A stretch of 63,707 nt of DNA, filler included, from Folioceros fuciformis (Eukaryota), in NCBI GenBank assembly GCA_049999805.1. It is 7 parts of 7 records of this genome, joined end to end, with 100 filler letters (N's around TTAATTAATTAA, not from the genome) between each part and the next. Parts side by side here need not be neighbours in the genome. Positions count along the whole stretch, not along the records: positions 1 to 16,760 come from JBNGIO010003555.1; positions 16,861 to 23,757 come from JBNGIO010003556.1; positions 23,858 to 27,125 come from JBNGIO010003558.1; 4 more parts are not named here. The stretch is one strand, 5' to 3'. Position numbers and translations under genes: made by a program. Below are positions 13,935 through 26,445 of this stretch, in pieces. Every line of letters starts with the position of its first letter. Within the stretch, counting starts at the first letter, position 1. The notes beneath the pieces were generated by a model. It searched no databases. It saw nothing but the letters and a program-made list of their open reading frames with translations, and was not told the DNA's origin.

Positions 13935-14625
13935 TGTCCCGTATGCAATAGTTTGTTCAAAGGGGTGATGGGGGTCAGGTGTCACTTGGTTAAAGCACAC
14001 AAGGACTTTCATCGGACTCTTTAGGAGCTACAGGTTAGGGGTGCATTTTCCATTATTGCTACTCCTTCAACTTCTGCTCTAGGCGGGCCCCTTGCTCCCT
14101 CGCAGGAATCTTGGTTGTGGCTGGACATAGGCTCCCCATCTTCTAGCCCTTTATGAGACACATCTTCCAGGGCCACATCTGTTTCGACGTCTCCCTAGGC
14201 ATTCGTATGACAATGTTTGTCTCCTTACAAGCTACCATTGGAGCACCTTGCTTTGAACCCCCAAGACGAGTCAACATGGACATTCTTCCTCGTTTTTCCT
14301 AGGTGGTGCTTTCGTTGTTCCAGGAACGGTCTTTCGGGTCATAGGGAAGTGGTCTTTCGTCTTTGCCGGTTCCGCAGGGGATTGGGAGGCTTTACAGGTG
14401 GAGGCTAGCTGCGTTGCGAAATCAAGGTTGGAATCCGCCAAGTTCAACCAAGTCCATCAGATCCTGCAAAGGCACGTCTTAAGAGGTATCTCTTACTTGC
14501 TCAAGCGAAGGAGTTTGCTAGAGCCGCCAAGGCCCTTTGGCCGGAGTCGGTGGCATTGTGGCGGCAGAACCCCGGGCACTGTTTGCCCATAGGTTCGACC
14601 TTTAGTGGTCACACTTATCCCATTG
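13935..14625 (+). mobile_element. Decayed 5' fragment of a CRE/R2-like non-LTR retrotransposon ORF
   Basis: A C2H2 finger CPVCNSLFKGVMGVRCHLVKAH starts at 13935. It is followed by WTFFLVFPRWCF..RNGLSGHREVVFRLCRFRRG and ARLKRYLLLAQAKEFARAAKAL, which resemble the pre-RT region of CRE-clade elements. Stops and frameshifts are present; no RT core was seen. Confidence 0.55.
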
Positions 14626-15151
14626 TCGTTGAGACATTGGGTTTCGTTCCCACGAAGGAGCGATGGGGTTTCTCGCTCCTATGGATGGAGGGTCGGAGTC
14701 AATCGACTCAATGACGGATTCGAGGGCTCCCCTCCAGCTCCAATCAGGCGTGGGATAGTCCTCGCTGTCCACCAGTCAGTTGCACCTCTCTTGGTGCCCA
14801 CAAATGCACTCCAGTCACTACAACAACACTAACCTCTCAGACTTTCCTCACTCACTTCACTCACTCACTCACTCTAGCACCAGCAACCAGCAACAACACT
14901 ACCTTCTACACTTCCCTATTAACTCCCCCACTGGGCAAGAGTAACTAGACTAACCCCAAAGAAGAGATAGAGGGAATCACACTCCCCTCTCGGATATCTC
15001 TTGCTCGCAACCTTACCAAACGCCATGAAACATGGCCAGCCTACAGCACTTGTCCAATTAGGGAACAAGAGTGGACAGGTTAAGAGAAAGACACATCATT
15101 TACAATCAAGAGCTAGGGGCAAGCCCCTTCACCCTAGTCATCACACCTCAT

Positions 15152-15309
15152 GATCCTACCAGACGTTGTACAGCCGGCAACACGCTGCTCGCGATCCTAC
15201 CAGACGCTATACAGCCGACAACACGCAGCTCGCGATCCTACTAAACGCTGTACAGCCGGCAACACGTGGCTCGCCATCCTACTAGACGCTGTACAGCCGG
15301 CAACACGCT
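15152..15309. repeat. 41-bp minisatellite, ~3.8 copies, probably inside an LTR-like segment
   Basis: Unit GATCCTACCAGACGYTGTACAGCCGGCAACACGCWGCTCGC starts at 15152, 15193, 15234 and 15275. Confidence 0.9.
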
Positions 15310-15944
15310 ATAGGTCCTGAACCAAGCAGGGATAGACCACAAGAGAGATCGTGAAGTGACACCTACAGACTCATTTGATCTTATAGGAGTCTCTCTCTCT
15401 CTTACCTCAGCTCTCTCTAGCTTGACAATTATTATTTTAATAAGACCACTAGCCTAGCCGGCTGTCACCAGCCACCTATTTAGACTTTCCTAGCACATCT
15501 GGCCGCAAATGAGCTAGCCCTACAACCTGCTGACCCTACCACCACAAGTATCCACCACCTCTTAAACTATCCTAAGACCTTGAAGGATGTCTTATCTTCA
15601 AAGATCTTGGGGACGCCCCCTCTTTCCTCTTCGATGGCTGTCCGCAAAGCCTTCTTCTGCAACTGTTTCCCGTGGTGACTAAGTTTGTCTCCATGGGAGG
15701 AGTATGAGCAGTAGGAGAAGAAAGGAAAGAGGTGAGAAGACGTGTATTCAGCAAAATCAGCTTCTAGCCAAAACGATTCCTCGGCCATGGAAAACTAATG
15801 TTGGGGTCCTAGGACAGTTCAAACTGTCGACCAAGTGAGGTAGGTAAGGTTCATACTTTGTAGAATTATCTCCCAAAAAATAGCAAAGAATAAGGGAAAA
15901 TAATAATAAAGGAAAGGGGCAAAAGGGGAGGGGAGGCGGGACGG

Positions 15945-16760
15945 GCAGCTTTCTGGGCAGCGCGGGCAGACGCGAGGCAGCATAGGGCAGCCCTACTGCC
16001 TGCGCCTGCCCATTCTGCCCCGCACTTGCCCGCACTGCCTTGTTGCCCGTGCCTGCCCATTTTGCCCCGCGCCTGCCCACGCTGCCCTGCTACTCGCGCG
16101 CGCAGGCGCAGGGTAGAATGGGCAGGTGCGGGCAGCAGGGCAGTGCGTGGCAACGCTGTGGGCAAGCGGGCAGGTGCGAGGCAGAATGGGCAGGCTGAGG
16201 CAGCAGGGTAGCGAGGGCAGGTACGGGGCAGAATGGGCAAGCGTAGGCAGCAGGGCAATGCACGGCAGGCATGCGGTAATGTCGCGAGCAAGCAGGTCAG
16301 TGCGGGGCAGAATGGGCAGGCAATGGCAACAGCGCTGAGCAACGCCACAGGCATGCGGTAATGTCGCGAGCAAGCAGGTCGGTGCGGGGCAGAATGGGCA
16401 GGCAATGGCAACAGCGCTGAGCAACGCCACAGGCAAGCGGGCAAGCATGGGGTAGAATGGGCAGGCACACAGTAGCGCCGCGGGCAAGCAGGTAGGTGTA
16501 GGGCATAATGGGCAGGTGCGAGCAACGCTGCGGGCAAGCAGGCATGTGCGGGGCAGAATGAGCAGGCGCGGGCAACAGGGGCAGGCATGAGCAACAGGGG
16601 CGGGCACGGGCAGCAGGGGCAGGAGCGGGGCAGAATGGGCAGGTGCGGGGCATAATGGGCAAGTGCGGTCAATAGGGTAGCACGGGCAAGCGCGAGGCAG
16701 AATGGGCAGGCACCGGCAACAGGGTAGCGCGGGCAAGTGTAGGGCAGAATGGGTAGGCAC
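15945..16760. repeat. GC-rich degenerate satellite built on GGGCAGAATGGGCAGG, with an orientation switch near 16078
   Basis: Many copies of the core lie on the + strand from ~16090 to the gap. Reverse-complement copies (CTGCCCATTCTGCCC) lie at 15995-16070. Confidence 0.85.
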
Positions 16761-16860
16761 NNNNNNNNNNNNNNNNNNNNNNNNNNNNNNNNNNNNNNNN
16801 NNNNTTAATTAATTAANNNNNNNNNNNNNNNNNNNNNNNNNNNNNNNNNNNNNNNNNNNN
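16761..16860. other. Assembly join: 44 N + TTAATTAATTAA + 44 N (same spacer at 23802, 27170, 36905, 41585, 54126)
   Basis: An identical 12-mer that stops all six frames is centred in 100-nt N blocks at six places. Confidence 0.95.
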
Positions 16861-17074
16861 TAGATATGGCGCACAATAGGAAGGGGCTTGCTTTTCATCT
16901 TCGCTGCATATCGCAAGTAGAAATTTATAGCTAGCAAGGATCCAACTTGCCGGACACTCGGCGGTCGTGAGCACCCTTGGGTAATTCCGTCAACATTGGG
17001 AATTTACAAGGTGCCTTGGAGGACTTTTATTTTCAATCCTTTGAAGGAGTATATCTTTATATACTTTCTATAAA

Positions 17075-17215
17075 ATGTCTTCTCATGACTCCGTCAGTAA
17101 GCTGGTGAATTTCTTCGATGGCACCAACTACCCATCATGGAGTCATAAGATCGCCATGGAGTCATAAGATCGCTGCGCATTTTAATAGCCACGAGGTGTT
17201 ACCAATGGTTCTTGC
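17075..17215 (+). mobile_element. Ty1/copia gag N-terminal remnant
   Basis: MSSHDSVSKLVNFFDGTNYPSWSHKI matches the FDGxNYxxW copia gag start. It is disrupted by a 19-bp tandem duplication at 17136-17173. Confidence 0.55.
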
Positions 17216-17567
17216 AAATGGGTGCTGGGGGCGTATCCTTCACAGGTGAGGCTTAAGGAGATGATGAAAGAGGACGTGTGAGTTTGGGTGGAAGGCCACA
17301 AGGTGTGGCTGTCCAGTGATGAAGAACCAAGAGGGGTTCCTAGAAGGAGAGAGAACAATGGACAGTGGGAGTGAAGTGGAGGTGATATGGGAAGATCTTC
17401 CGAATGAGCGAAGCGGCAAGAGGGCTAGGGGAATTCCAAGGGACCAGAGGCTGAGACGATCGCAGCGGAGATGGGCACGCTAGTCTAGGATGCACACTAG
17501 GTCAGATTTTTATTAAAGGATAGTAAGCCAATGAATTCTGAACCAAGGATTGTTGACCTTAGGAGCG

Positions 17568-20500
17568 TGTCAGGAACGTGTAATCATTTCTTAAGACTCT
17601 AAAAGGCTGCGGCAATAATGGTGCCCCAAGGCCAGATATACAAGAGACCTTGCTGTGTCTCTCTCTAGAGACAATTTCAAGTGTGAGCTTCTGTGTGCTG
17701 ATTTTGTGCGCTGTGGGTTGGTAACATCTGATCGATGCAGCCTTGATGCGGCATGCTGTCCTCTCATCACAAGAGGACTAGGAAGNNNNNNNNNNNNNNN
17801 NNNNNNNNNNNNNNNNNNNNNNNNNNNNNNNNNNNNNNNNNNNNNNNNNNNNNNNNNNNNNNNNNNNNNNNNNNNNNNNNNNNNNCAAGCTCTACGACTG
17901 GGGTGGCAAGTGGAAGGGGTGCACCTGTGAGGAAGGGAGATTTCTGCAGAAGGTCAAGGTTGGAACGCGAGTTTCACAAAACCCTTGGAAAGCCGAGAAG
18001 GGATGTGAGTTTTGCAAAACTCTTGTGGAGCCGTTCGGCTGCGATTTTTCCCCTTCCTCACTTCACTGCCTAACCAGACCGTGTTCAATCCCAAGAAGGG
18101 GTTTGTGTGGCCCAAGGAGGAGGATTGAGTAAAGATTTGATGTAGGTGAAGTGTGAGTGCTGGGAATTGGGAAGTGTTGAGGAACATTGGTGATAGATTG
18201 AGTGGATAATCAGTGATAAGGTGAAGTGCCATAGTGTGGATGACCCTAATCTGCAGCTACTAGTGAGATCTAGGTGTAGAATAACATGAGAATGGCTGGG
18301 TGTGCATGAGAATCAGCCTGCACAGACCATAGCTCCTTAACAGACGTGGCCAAAAACCACATGACATCTAGGCGTCGCAACACACACATGCGCCAAATGG
18401 GTGGGTCCCACCACGGTGAAGGAATCCACTACCGTAGTGGCGGAACTCACTACAATGGCGGAGTCAGGTACAAGGGTGGTGGACTTAAGCACGGTGGTGG
18501 AATACGTCTAAGTAGGAACTGATTGTAGGAAGTCTAAAAGTCATAGATTTAGAACAACTTGACACAAACTATTTCCTTGGGATCAAATTCTAGGACTATA
18601 ACAACATATAGGGTGAATGTGGGCCTCATTGTGTCCCTAGACACAGAATTTCACACCACATTTTGGCGCCATTGCCAGAGAATGAACTGTTGTCAAGGTT
18701 GTAGGAAGGACTAACAGTAGCATTGTGTGTCTAGTGAGTGTGTTTAGTTTGGTAGATGGATGCCACGAATTGAGCCGAAGGATTCTGAGTCAAGATGTGA
18801 GGACCAGCTCCAAGCAAGGCAACAACGCCAAGCAGAGGAAAGGTTGTGAAGGGCTACAGACCGAGAGCTAAGAAGGACCTTATCCGAAGACACACTTATT
18901 GGAAGGGGAAGGGGAGTAAGGAATTGACCAAGGGTTGGGGGTCCAATCTTGTTGGAGCAAGATCCCCAAACTCTAGTCTTAGATGAGGTGCCATGGCCAA
19001 GGGACCTTGATCCAACCTTGCCTTCTGACCTTTTTTTCTGGGAGTGTGCAGATTGTTGTAGTCTAACCAACTCTCGTAGGCAATGTTGCTGGATCAACTA
19101 CGGTTGTCGAGTCAACCATGGTAGTCATGTCCACCACAGTACCGGTGGCTATCACCACTAAGCAACCTTACCCATTGTACAGGGAAGGGGTATGAGGATC
19201 ATGACGAGTTTGTTGAGCGTTTTGAGCAACTAACGATTGCAAAACAAGAGGCGGGCAACGCTTAGCGCATTCGTCTATTTTATGGAGTTCTTCGAGGTGG
19301 GCTAGCTAAGTGGTATATACGCGAGTATCTCAAGACAGCACCCCCCAATCACCTTTGAGGCATTGAAGGACACTTTCTAAGAGTGGTTTAGGGGAATTGA
19401 TGTGTAGGGCTATGTTTTGTCCAGACTTGAGAGGTTGCATCGAAAGAGGAAGGAAACCCTGTAAGCATATGTTGAGAGGTTTCACAGTTTGCGTGATCAT
19501 AGTGGTCCTCATTCAGAGCTGCAGGTCATACGGTGGTTTGCTAAGGGATTGGGTTCTAAAATGGGGAGGCATGTAAGGTTGCAAGCGCAGAAGAGTCTAG
19601 ACATAGCAATCAGGGCAGCATTGAATTATGAGGAATCCAACTTGCAGGAAATAAAGAGAACAAGGAGGGAGGAGAAGAAAACCAAGAAGAATAGAAGGAA
19701 GTTCCACAAATGGAACAAGAAGAAGGATTCCTCATCCTCCGTAGAAGAAAGCTTCACAGAAGGAAAGAACTCTTCAGAAGATGCTATAGGGGATTTCATG
19801 GAGGAAGAAATGAGTGATAGCTCGGAGGAAGGATCATCGGAAGAGGAGCGCACTAGAGGGAAAAAGAAGAAATCCAGAGGTGAAGTGGAAAATAAGAAAA
19901 GTTACGCACAGGAAAACAAGGAGTTGGTAAGGGCAAAACAAGAGGCCATGCATGCTAAGAAAGATGTGGAACAGGCAAGGAAGGAGGCTGAGATAGCAGC
20001 CAAGAAGGTGGAACAACAAGGAACCAGGTTGCAAGAGATGATGGAAAATTTTGAGAGATGCCATCTTAATGGAGTAAAGGAGTATGAGAGACACAGGGAT
20101 GTCACGAACGCACAGGCTAACCTCTTTCATTCCACATGTGGTCAGCAAGGGCACTCCAAGGCTAATTGTCGAACAACGAAAGTGCACTTGCTAGGCTATG
20201 AAGAGAGGAGGAGGAGAATTTTATGGAGGAATCATACCAGATTCAAGAGGTGCAGCCCAGCCAAGGGTATCCAAAACCCATGCATCCTTCTAGTAGAAAA
20301 ACCCGAATTGCAACCCTCAAATGAGGCCACGAAACGAAAAGCAGAAAAGTTAGGGTTTCCACGAGATGTGAGGAGGGAGGTTATGGAAATGATCCAGGAG
20401 GAGTTAGGGAAAATAGCCACGGTGGTGGAATCCGGGGTGCCCATTCCACTACCTCCCCACTAGATTCTGCCACCCTACCTGAGAGAGCCACCATTCCTTA

Positions 20501-21260
20501 GAGCACATCAGTGCCAGATCCTAGGACCAACCCTGGGGGGAAGGAACAGGCAAGTGCTCCTTTTGACCTAGCAAAGGCCATCATGGACTAGCGTTTCATG
20601 ATCACGTTTGGGTAACTTAGGGATAATCCACGGTATAGGCAATAGATAAGGAGGGCATTGAAGATGGCCCAGCCTAAGAAGCCTGCCTAAGCTAGGACTA
20701 ATGCCACTTCCTGTGAACTTGGTACCCATGGTAGATTAGGGCCCTGCTGAACTTCAGGTGGAGATTTCAAGATGTGTGATTAAAGAAGTACTACTTGATA
20801 TTAGTTCAGGTGTGAACATCATGACGGAAGAAACAGCCCAGAGATTGGGGTTGGAGATCGAACACACCTCAAAAGTTCTACGGTTAGTGAACATGTCCAT
20901 TATGACACCGATAAGGGAATTAACAGGGGTGTTAACAATTATTGGGACCATCCTCTATCTAATGGATTATATAGTCATTAAGTAGAAGGTGCTAAGGTAT
21001 GAGATTTTGATTGGACGAACCTGGATGTATGGGACGCGATGCACACTCAAGTGAGGTAGAAAGGACAAGGGATTCAAACTGTTGGATTGGGATCCGAAGG
21101 CTAAGGAAGAGCGAATTTGCGTATCCTGGAGTAGAGACAAGTATGCTGACGAGACCCCAACCGAACAAGTGGGTATACCTCAACGAAAAGCCCGGTAGGA
21201 GAGAAGGAGGAGGAAGATAAATTTCCATTCGCCCACATTTCTTGGTCTGAGGAGGAACAG
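17568..21260 (+). mobile_element. Degenerate Ty3/gypsy (Athila-like) LTR retrotransposon: putative 5' LTR, PBS, gag and aspartic protease
   Basis: A CA end at 18660 is followed by TTTTGGCGCCATTGCC, an Athila-type PBS. Gag-like DEFVERFEQL at ~19200 precedes the 324-aa ORF 19489-20463 with the degenerate knuckle HSTCGQQGHSKANC. The protease motif VLLDISSGVNIM is at ~20790. No RT or integrase was seen, and the LTR 5' boundary is tentative. Confidence 0.7.
18661..18678 (+). other. Primer-binding site (Athila/tRNA-Asp type)
   Basis: TTTTGGCGCCATTGCCAG follows ...CACCACA directly and has one mismatch to the TGGCGCCGTTGCC consensus. Confidence 0.65.
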
Positions 21261-24200
21261 GATTATCAAATGAACATTCCACACTCGATCAATTTAGTAC
21301 ACATTTTGCTGCAAGACGACAGTTGTCGGGTATGGGCAACAGCGTTCTCTACAGTATGCCAGATGGGCATGGAGGCAACCGAGTTTGTTACCCAGAAGGC
21401 TAGTCGCAACGCGATGGACGTCGTCCACCGCACAATCGGGAGACGGGTGAAGGTGGTAATTACCGTGAAGAACCCATGCAACAACTGGAAGGCAAATGTG
21501 GTTCTGCAGCACAATGTGTGCATGGAGGACGAGGGTGGGGGAGGCTTCTTGCCTGCAAACAAATGTTTTGTGGGAAGACCACGCATTGACATGCCAAACC
21601 TTCTGGCATGCCACCCGCCTTGCAATTGGAACAGGAGATGGGTTATGTTTGGGGGTGTTGTAGTGGCCTGCATACTGGTTGTCGTGGATCGCTACCATCC
21701 CACCCTCTGCGGTTGTGGCAATTACATTCATCTGAACCATTCTTGTCGTCGCATACACGTACACACAAGCTTTGTGAGGTGAGTCAAGGTTTCAAGTGGG
21801 TGAAAGAGTTGGGAGGGTAGGCATGAGGTGCTCATATGCAAGGTTGTAGATAACGTGCACGGGCTACCAGAAGCTCTGAGGCAGCCGTGAGTGAAGGTAG
21901 GGTGTATGCCTGGATGGGAGGATTCCCTAAATGAATAGTAGGAGGGGGGGGTTGTGAAGGGGTTTTGAGGTGTGCAAGATGGAGGTCGGCCATGTAGAAG
22001 TGTGCAACTTGGAAAATCAATGGCTTCCACTAGGAAAATGCAATGCAGCGCCCCAAATGAGGTTGGCATACTACCAGATGAGTGGTGCACATTTCATGGA
22101 GACATGAAGATGGTGGGCCGAAAACGGGGTTGTGGCATGCAAGATGGATCACCACGTTTATGGACGTGGATGTGGGGGTGGCATCCGGGTGGCAAGCTTG
22201 CAATTGTTCGCAGTGAGAGGTGCATGCAGTGGGCACCATGCAGTGGAAATTGCAAAGGGTGCAAAGCCCACGGGTTCGTGTGGGCATGAAGCATATGCAG
22301 CATAGAAGTCAAGAATGTATAGCTAGGACTTCAGTTAGATTCACGGCCCCTCATAGTGGAGTGTGAGCACAACATTGAGGTTTGGAGGGCAGGGTGGCCA
22401 GGTGTGCATGCTTGGGAGGGTGCGGGGCAGTAAGCAGGCGAGTGGGCGTCGTTGGTGCAGGCCCAGGGAGCAGCCGATGGTGGTGGGAAGCATATCACAG
22501 TGGCATGAAGGAGGGGATGCTAGAGGCTGCAACGGGAGGGGCGGTGGGCACCCTCTCAGCCCTCAACACTGCTGTAGGTGATGTTAAGGTTGTGACTGAT
22601 ATAGAGCCCATCGATAGCCTCACCATTGTGGTGTTCGAGGGGAATGGCGGCGCACATGGACACCTGTCTATGGGAGAGGCAGGGGGGAAAGAACATCTTC
22701 CCCCCCTGCAAGAGGAGGTAGGTGTTGGGGGGAAGAAGGATGAAAGCCCTGGCGTGGTTGGGTAGGGTGCAGAGCTTAGTGCATCCGACCAGCTCAAGTG
22801 AAAGCTAAGACTACGGTGGACGAAGACCCAAGCCCAAAAGTCATGGCCGAGATAGCAGCAGGCACTTGGAATTGGGCTATTGGGGACAGACTTTGAAAGG
22901 CCACGTATGGTGAAAATGGCCAATTCCAGCGGTGGAGGTACCTTGATGTGATTCAAAGCAACAGTTGAGTAGGAAGTTGGCCAGACCTAGTTGTGGAGGG
23001 GAAGAACGCCGTGTTCTGCAAATGGAGCTCGATGCGGTGGAGGAGAGTATTCCCAAACACACTGCAGGTGGCGGAGGAGGTCCCCGAGGGACCCTAGGCA
23101 ATGGTGCAAGTCAGGACGCACGGTGGGGTGGTGATGCAGATCGAAGTTCAGGGTCCAACATCCCGCCAATGAGGAGGGTGCGCAAGCGGTGGCACGAGCT
23201 CTCCTACTCTGAGGTGTATTCCTTTGGAGAGGAGGAGGATGAGACGCCTGTGCATCCATGGTGAGGTGCCGCGGCAGACAAGGGTGATACGCAACAAAAG
23301 GAGGTAGCAACTGAGGCAATGTCGCGAACACCCTAGTTGACACGGTGCATGCTTTGCACAACAGCCTAGGCTTGGTGGAGTCGTTGGAAGGTAATTTGCA
23401 CAAGTTGAGGGCAAACATACGTGACTATGCAGCACATGTGGAGGTTGCCTCTCGTGCTAGGGATTGCGAGGTTTAGGAATGCATGTGGCGTTGTGGGCAA
23501 GCGGGTATGGTATCCCTACCAGGCACCCGCTCACATGTATCTTGGCCACATCAATCCCACGGTCGTTGCAGGTTTCCCCGAAATCGCTCCCCTCTGAGTC
23601 TGGTTAGCTATGTCTATCGCTCCCCTACACTAGTCAACTCTCCCAACCACGTACCTACCAATCTGGCCACACGTCCCATCAATAGGTAGGCACCATTCCT
23701 TCACTTGGAAGGGCCCCAATACCTCCCCTACCGATTTCTACCTTCCAATCACGTTCCNNNNNNNNNNNNNNNNNNNNNNNNNNNNNNNNNNNNNNNNNNN
23801 NTTAATTAATTAANNNNNNNNNNNNNNNNNNNNNNNNNNNNNNNNNNNNNNNNNNNNTGCCATGATGATTTGCAGATAAAAAACCAACTTAAAATTGCAA
23901 CGATGCTTGTAGGGTTACCTGAAGGAGGCCTTGGTGAATATAGCAAAAGTGGTAAAACAAGGAGGATAAATATGGCAAACAAGGTCTTAGGACTTATGAT
24001 AGACTTGGAAGGAACAAGGGTAAGTAGTGAACAAGACTCCAGACAAGGCATGAAGGCTCCATGTAAGATTGCTTGCCTATCAAAAACGGCAGGCTTGTTG
24101 TTTGCTTAGCAAGAAGACATGAGACTCCATACAGGGTAGGAGGGTTACTATCTTGGCAAGAAGACTTCCTTCAAGAAAGCAACATGTTTGGTTTCAATGG

Positions 24201-24790
24201 ACTGATGATAGTGTGCACCAACAAGGAGACATAAGCATACATAGTTCTTAGCACTCAAACATACAGCATGTTCTCAACGTGTGCATGTGGAGTGACAAGG
24301 TAATTGGTAGGTAGTGGAATTTGAAGGTACGTAGCAGATCACAAATGTGTGCACCTAGCAGTAGCTTGCAAGTACATGCATTTCATCATTTGTTACGGTG
24401 TGCTCTCGTATTTGGTTGTTTCAGCTTGAATGGAACACTTTTCATAGCATGTGGNNNNNNNNNNNNNNNNNNNNNNNNNNNNNNNNNNNNNNNNNNNNNN
24501 NNNNNNNNNNNNNNNNNNNNNNNNNNNNNNNNNNNNNNNNNNNNNNNNNNNNNNTTTCAAAGGCATATATCGAAGCATCTAAATTTAGTTATTTCAGCTT
24601 AAATTAGACAATTTCCATAGCAATTTCAAAGGCATATATCGAAGCATCTAAATGTGTGTTTGTATGCCACAAACAACTTTGCTACTACGAAGCCTCAAAC
24701 ATTTTTGGTCCCTTTGTTTTTCCAATACTTGAACAACTTATTTTATTTCATCATTGCTATGTTGTGCATCCTACATTTTCCAAGAGCTTC

Positions 24791-25700
24791 TTACGTATGG
24801 TTACACTCAGTTTCGTGTAGTAGAAATAGGTCTTCATTATATTGTTGTGCTTCTAACTTTCCAATTTGTATACGAAAATTATGAAGTGTGCAATAAGCGA
24901 TGACAACATCTGAGCCAAACTTCAAACAAACATTCAAATTCTTCAGAATATGCCACTTATTTTTCAATAGGGCAAAGGCATTCTCCACTTTTACTTTGCT
25001 CCTTGTCAAGATCGATTGAAATATTTTTGGGTGTGGTCTTCACGTGTTGCATAAAGTGATTTCATGAGGAAAGGCATTAATGGGTAAGCACTATCATCTG
25101 AGATATATGGAGTTATTTCAACATCCTCGATATGTAGAATGAGGTCTCTTAAAAGAACAATTGTCTTCATCTTCTCATGTATGCTACCCTCCCTAAGAAT
25201 TGAAGCATTATGAACTCCACTAGGATGAGTGTAACATACATTGCTGATTTTTTTTGTCAGTTGTGCAAGTTGCCACATAAAGCTATGCAAGTTGAATTCA
25301 ATGTGAATTCAAGTGCAAAGATGTTCAAATTCATCACCTGCGTGGCTACCTGAATTAATTCTCTACCACTGTTGCATATATCAACCTGCATTAGTGTAAT
25401 TACTGGACTTGTATACAATTCTGTGACATCTTGAATGCATTGATGTAGTGGTGTGGTTGAATTCACAACAAGCATGCCATAGAATGGCATGCTTGAGAAT
25501 GGCACGACAACCAATGGCATCTACCCTATCCACCCTTGCAAACAATTGCCTCCCGTTTTTGGGATGAATAATGCTGAACTGCACAATCCCCCCCTCAGTG
25601 TCGTTTGCATTGTGAAAGGCCCTTGAGACTATGTTCCTCAACCATGAGGGCAATTTTTTCTTAACATTTAACAGGCCTTTCTCATCAAAGATGACAAAGT
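24791..25700 (-). pseudogene. PIF/Harbinger DDE (HARBI1-like) transposase pseudogene
   Basis: Fragments include PSGVHNASILREGSI, PYISDDSAYPLMPFLMK and KVKVENAFALLKNKWHILKNL...VIAYCTLHNF, split by frameshifts. Confidence 0.85.
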
Positions 25701-26133
25701 GAATGGTGCTGTTTGCAATTCACTTCGAAAAGAAGGGGAATACCTTATTCTTGGCCTTCTTTTATGTAAAGAGCTATCCCCTTATGGCGCTTGCCGGGTC
25801 GCAATCAAGCCAAAAAAAGGCCCTTTATTTGTACGCTTGCAAGCCTTGGTTCATTTGCAATCGCTTAGTCCATAAGTCATGGTAATCTCGTCCTTACTTA
25901 GCCTGCCCGAATTGTCGTGGGTGCTGCGGACAAAGCCGTATGTTGCCTTGCCTTGGTGCTACATGCTCTCTTTGAACAATGGAGAAAGCCGTGCATATCT
26001 TCACCAATACAAGTACTCAGCAGTCACTTTTGGCCGGTATAGAAAATATGGAGCAAGATTCGGATGATGATGTGCTACTGGGGAGTGCTAGGGATATGTA
26101 GACACTCCAAGAAAACGTTAGGAGGCCATCACT

Positions 26134-26445
26134 TGGACCGAAGAAGCAACTGTGTCTTTAATCGAGGCATATATCAAGATGCAAGTTGTCCACCTCAAGT
26201 GCTGCAACCTAGCAACTAGACATTGGACACAAATCTCTAAAGATGTGAGTAGCTCTTGCAAGATTAATGGCTTGTTGGCAAAATAGTGTAAACAGAAGTT
26301 GGACAATTTGAAGAAAAAATACAGGAAGGAGCAGGAGTCCAAGACAAGCTCAAGCCAAGTGAACTATATGTGGGTGCACTATGAGGCGAAGGCTGCCCTT
26401 TATGAGGGCAATCCCAAGTTCGCTAAAATTCCAAACACATAGGAT
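26134..26445 (+). pseudogene. Myb/SANT (trihelix) DNA-binding ORF of the same Harbinger element, decayed
   Basis: WTEEATVSLIEAY...RHWTQISKDV...K*CKQKLDNLKKKYRKE...WVHYE reads in one frame with an internal TAG. It is divergent from the transposase. Confidence 0.75.

Noticed and set aside
15152-15309. Regular 41-bp repeats resembling a CRISPR array
   Set aside because: The units are contiguous with no unique spacers, there are no cas genes, and the context is eukaryotic transposon sequence. It is a minisatellite.
15866-16760. 255-268 aa Pro/Ala/Cys-rich ORFs
   Set aside because: They are by-products of a stop-poor GC-rich satellite that is open in several frames.
24555-24653. 30-bp direct repeat TTTCAAAGGCATATATCGAAGCATCTAAAT
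   Set aside because: The first copy abuts an N gap and may be a contig-end duplication artefact.
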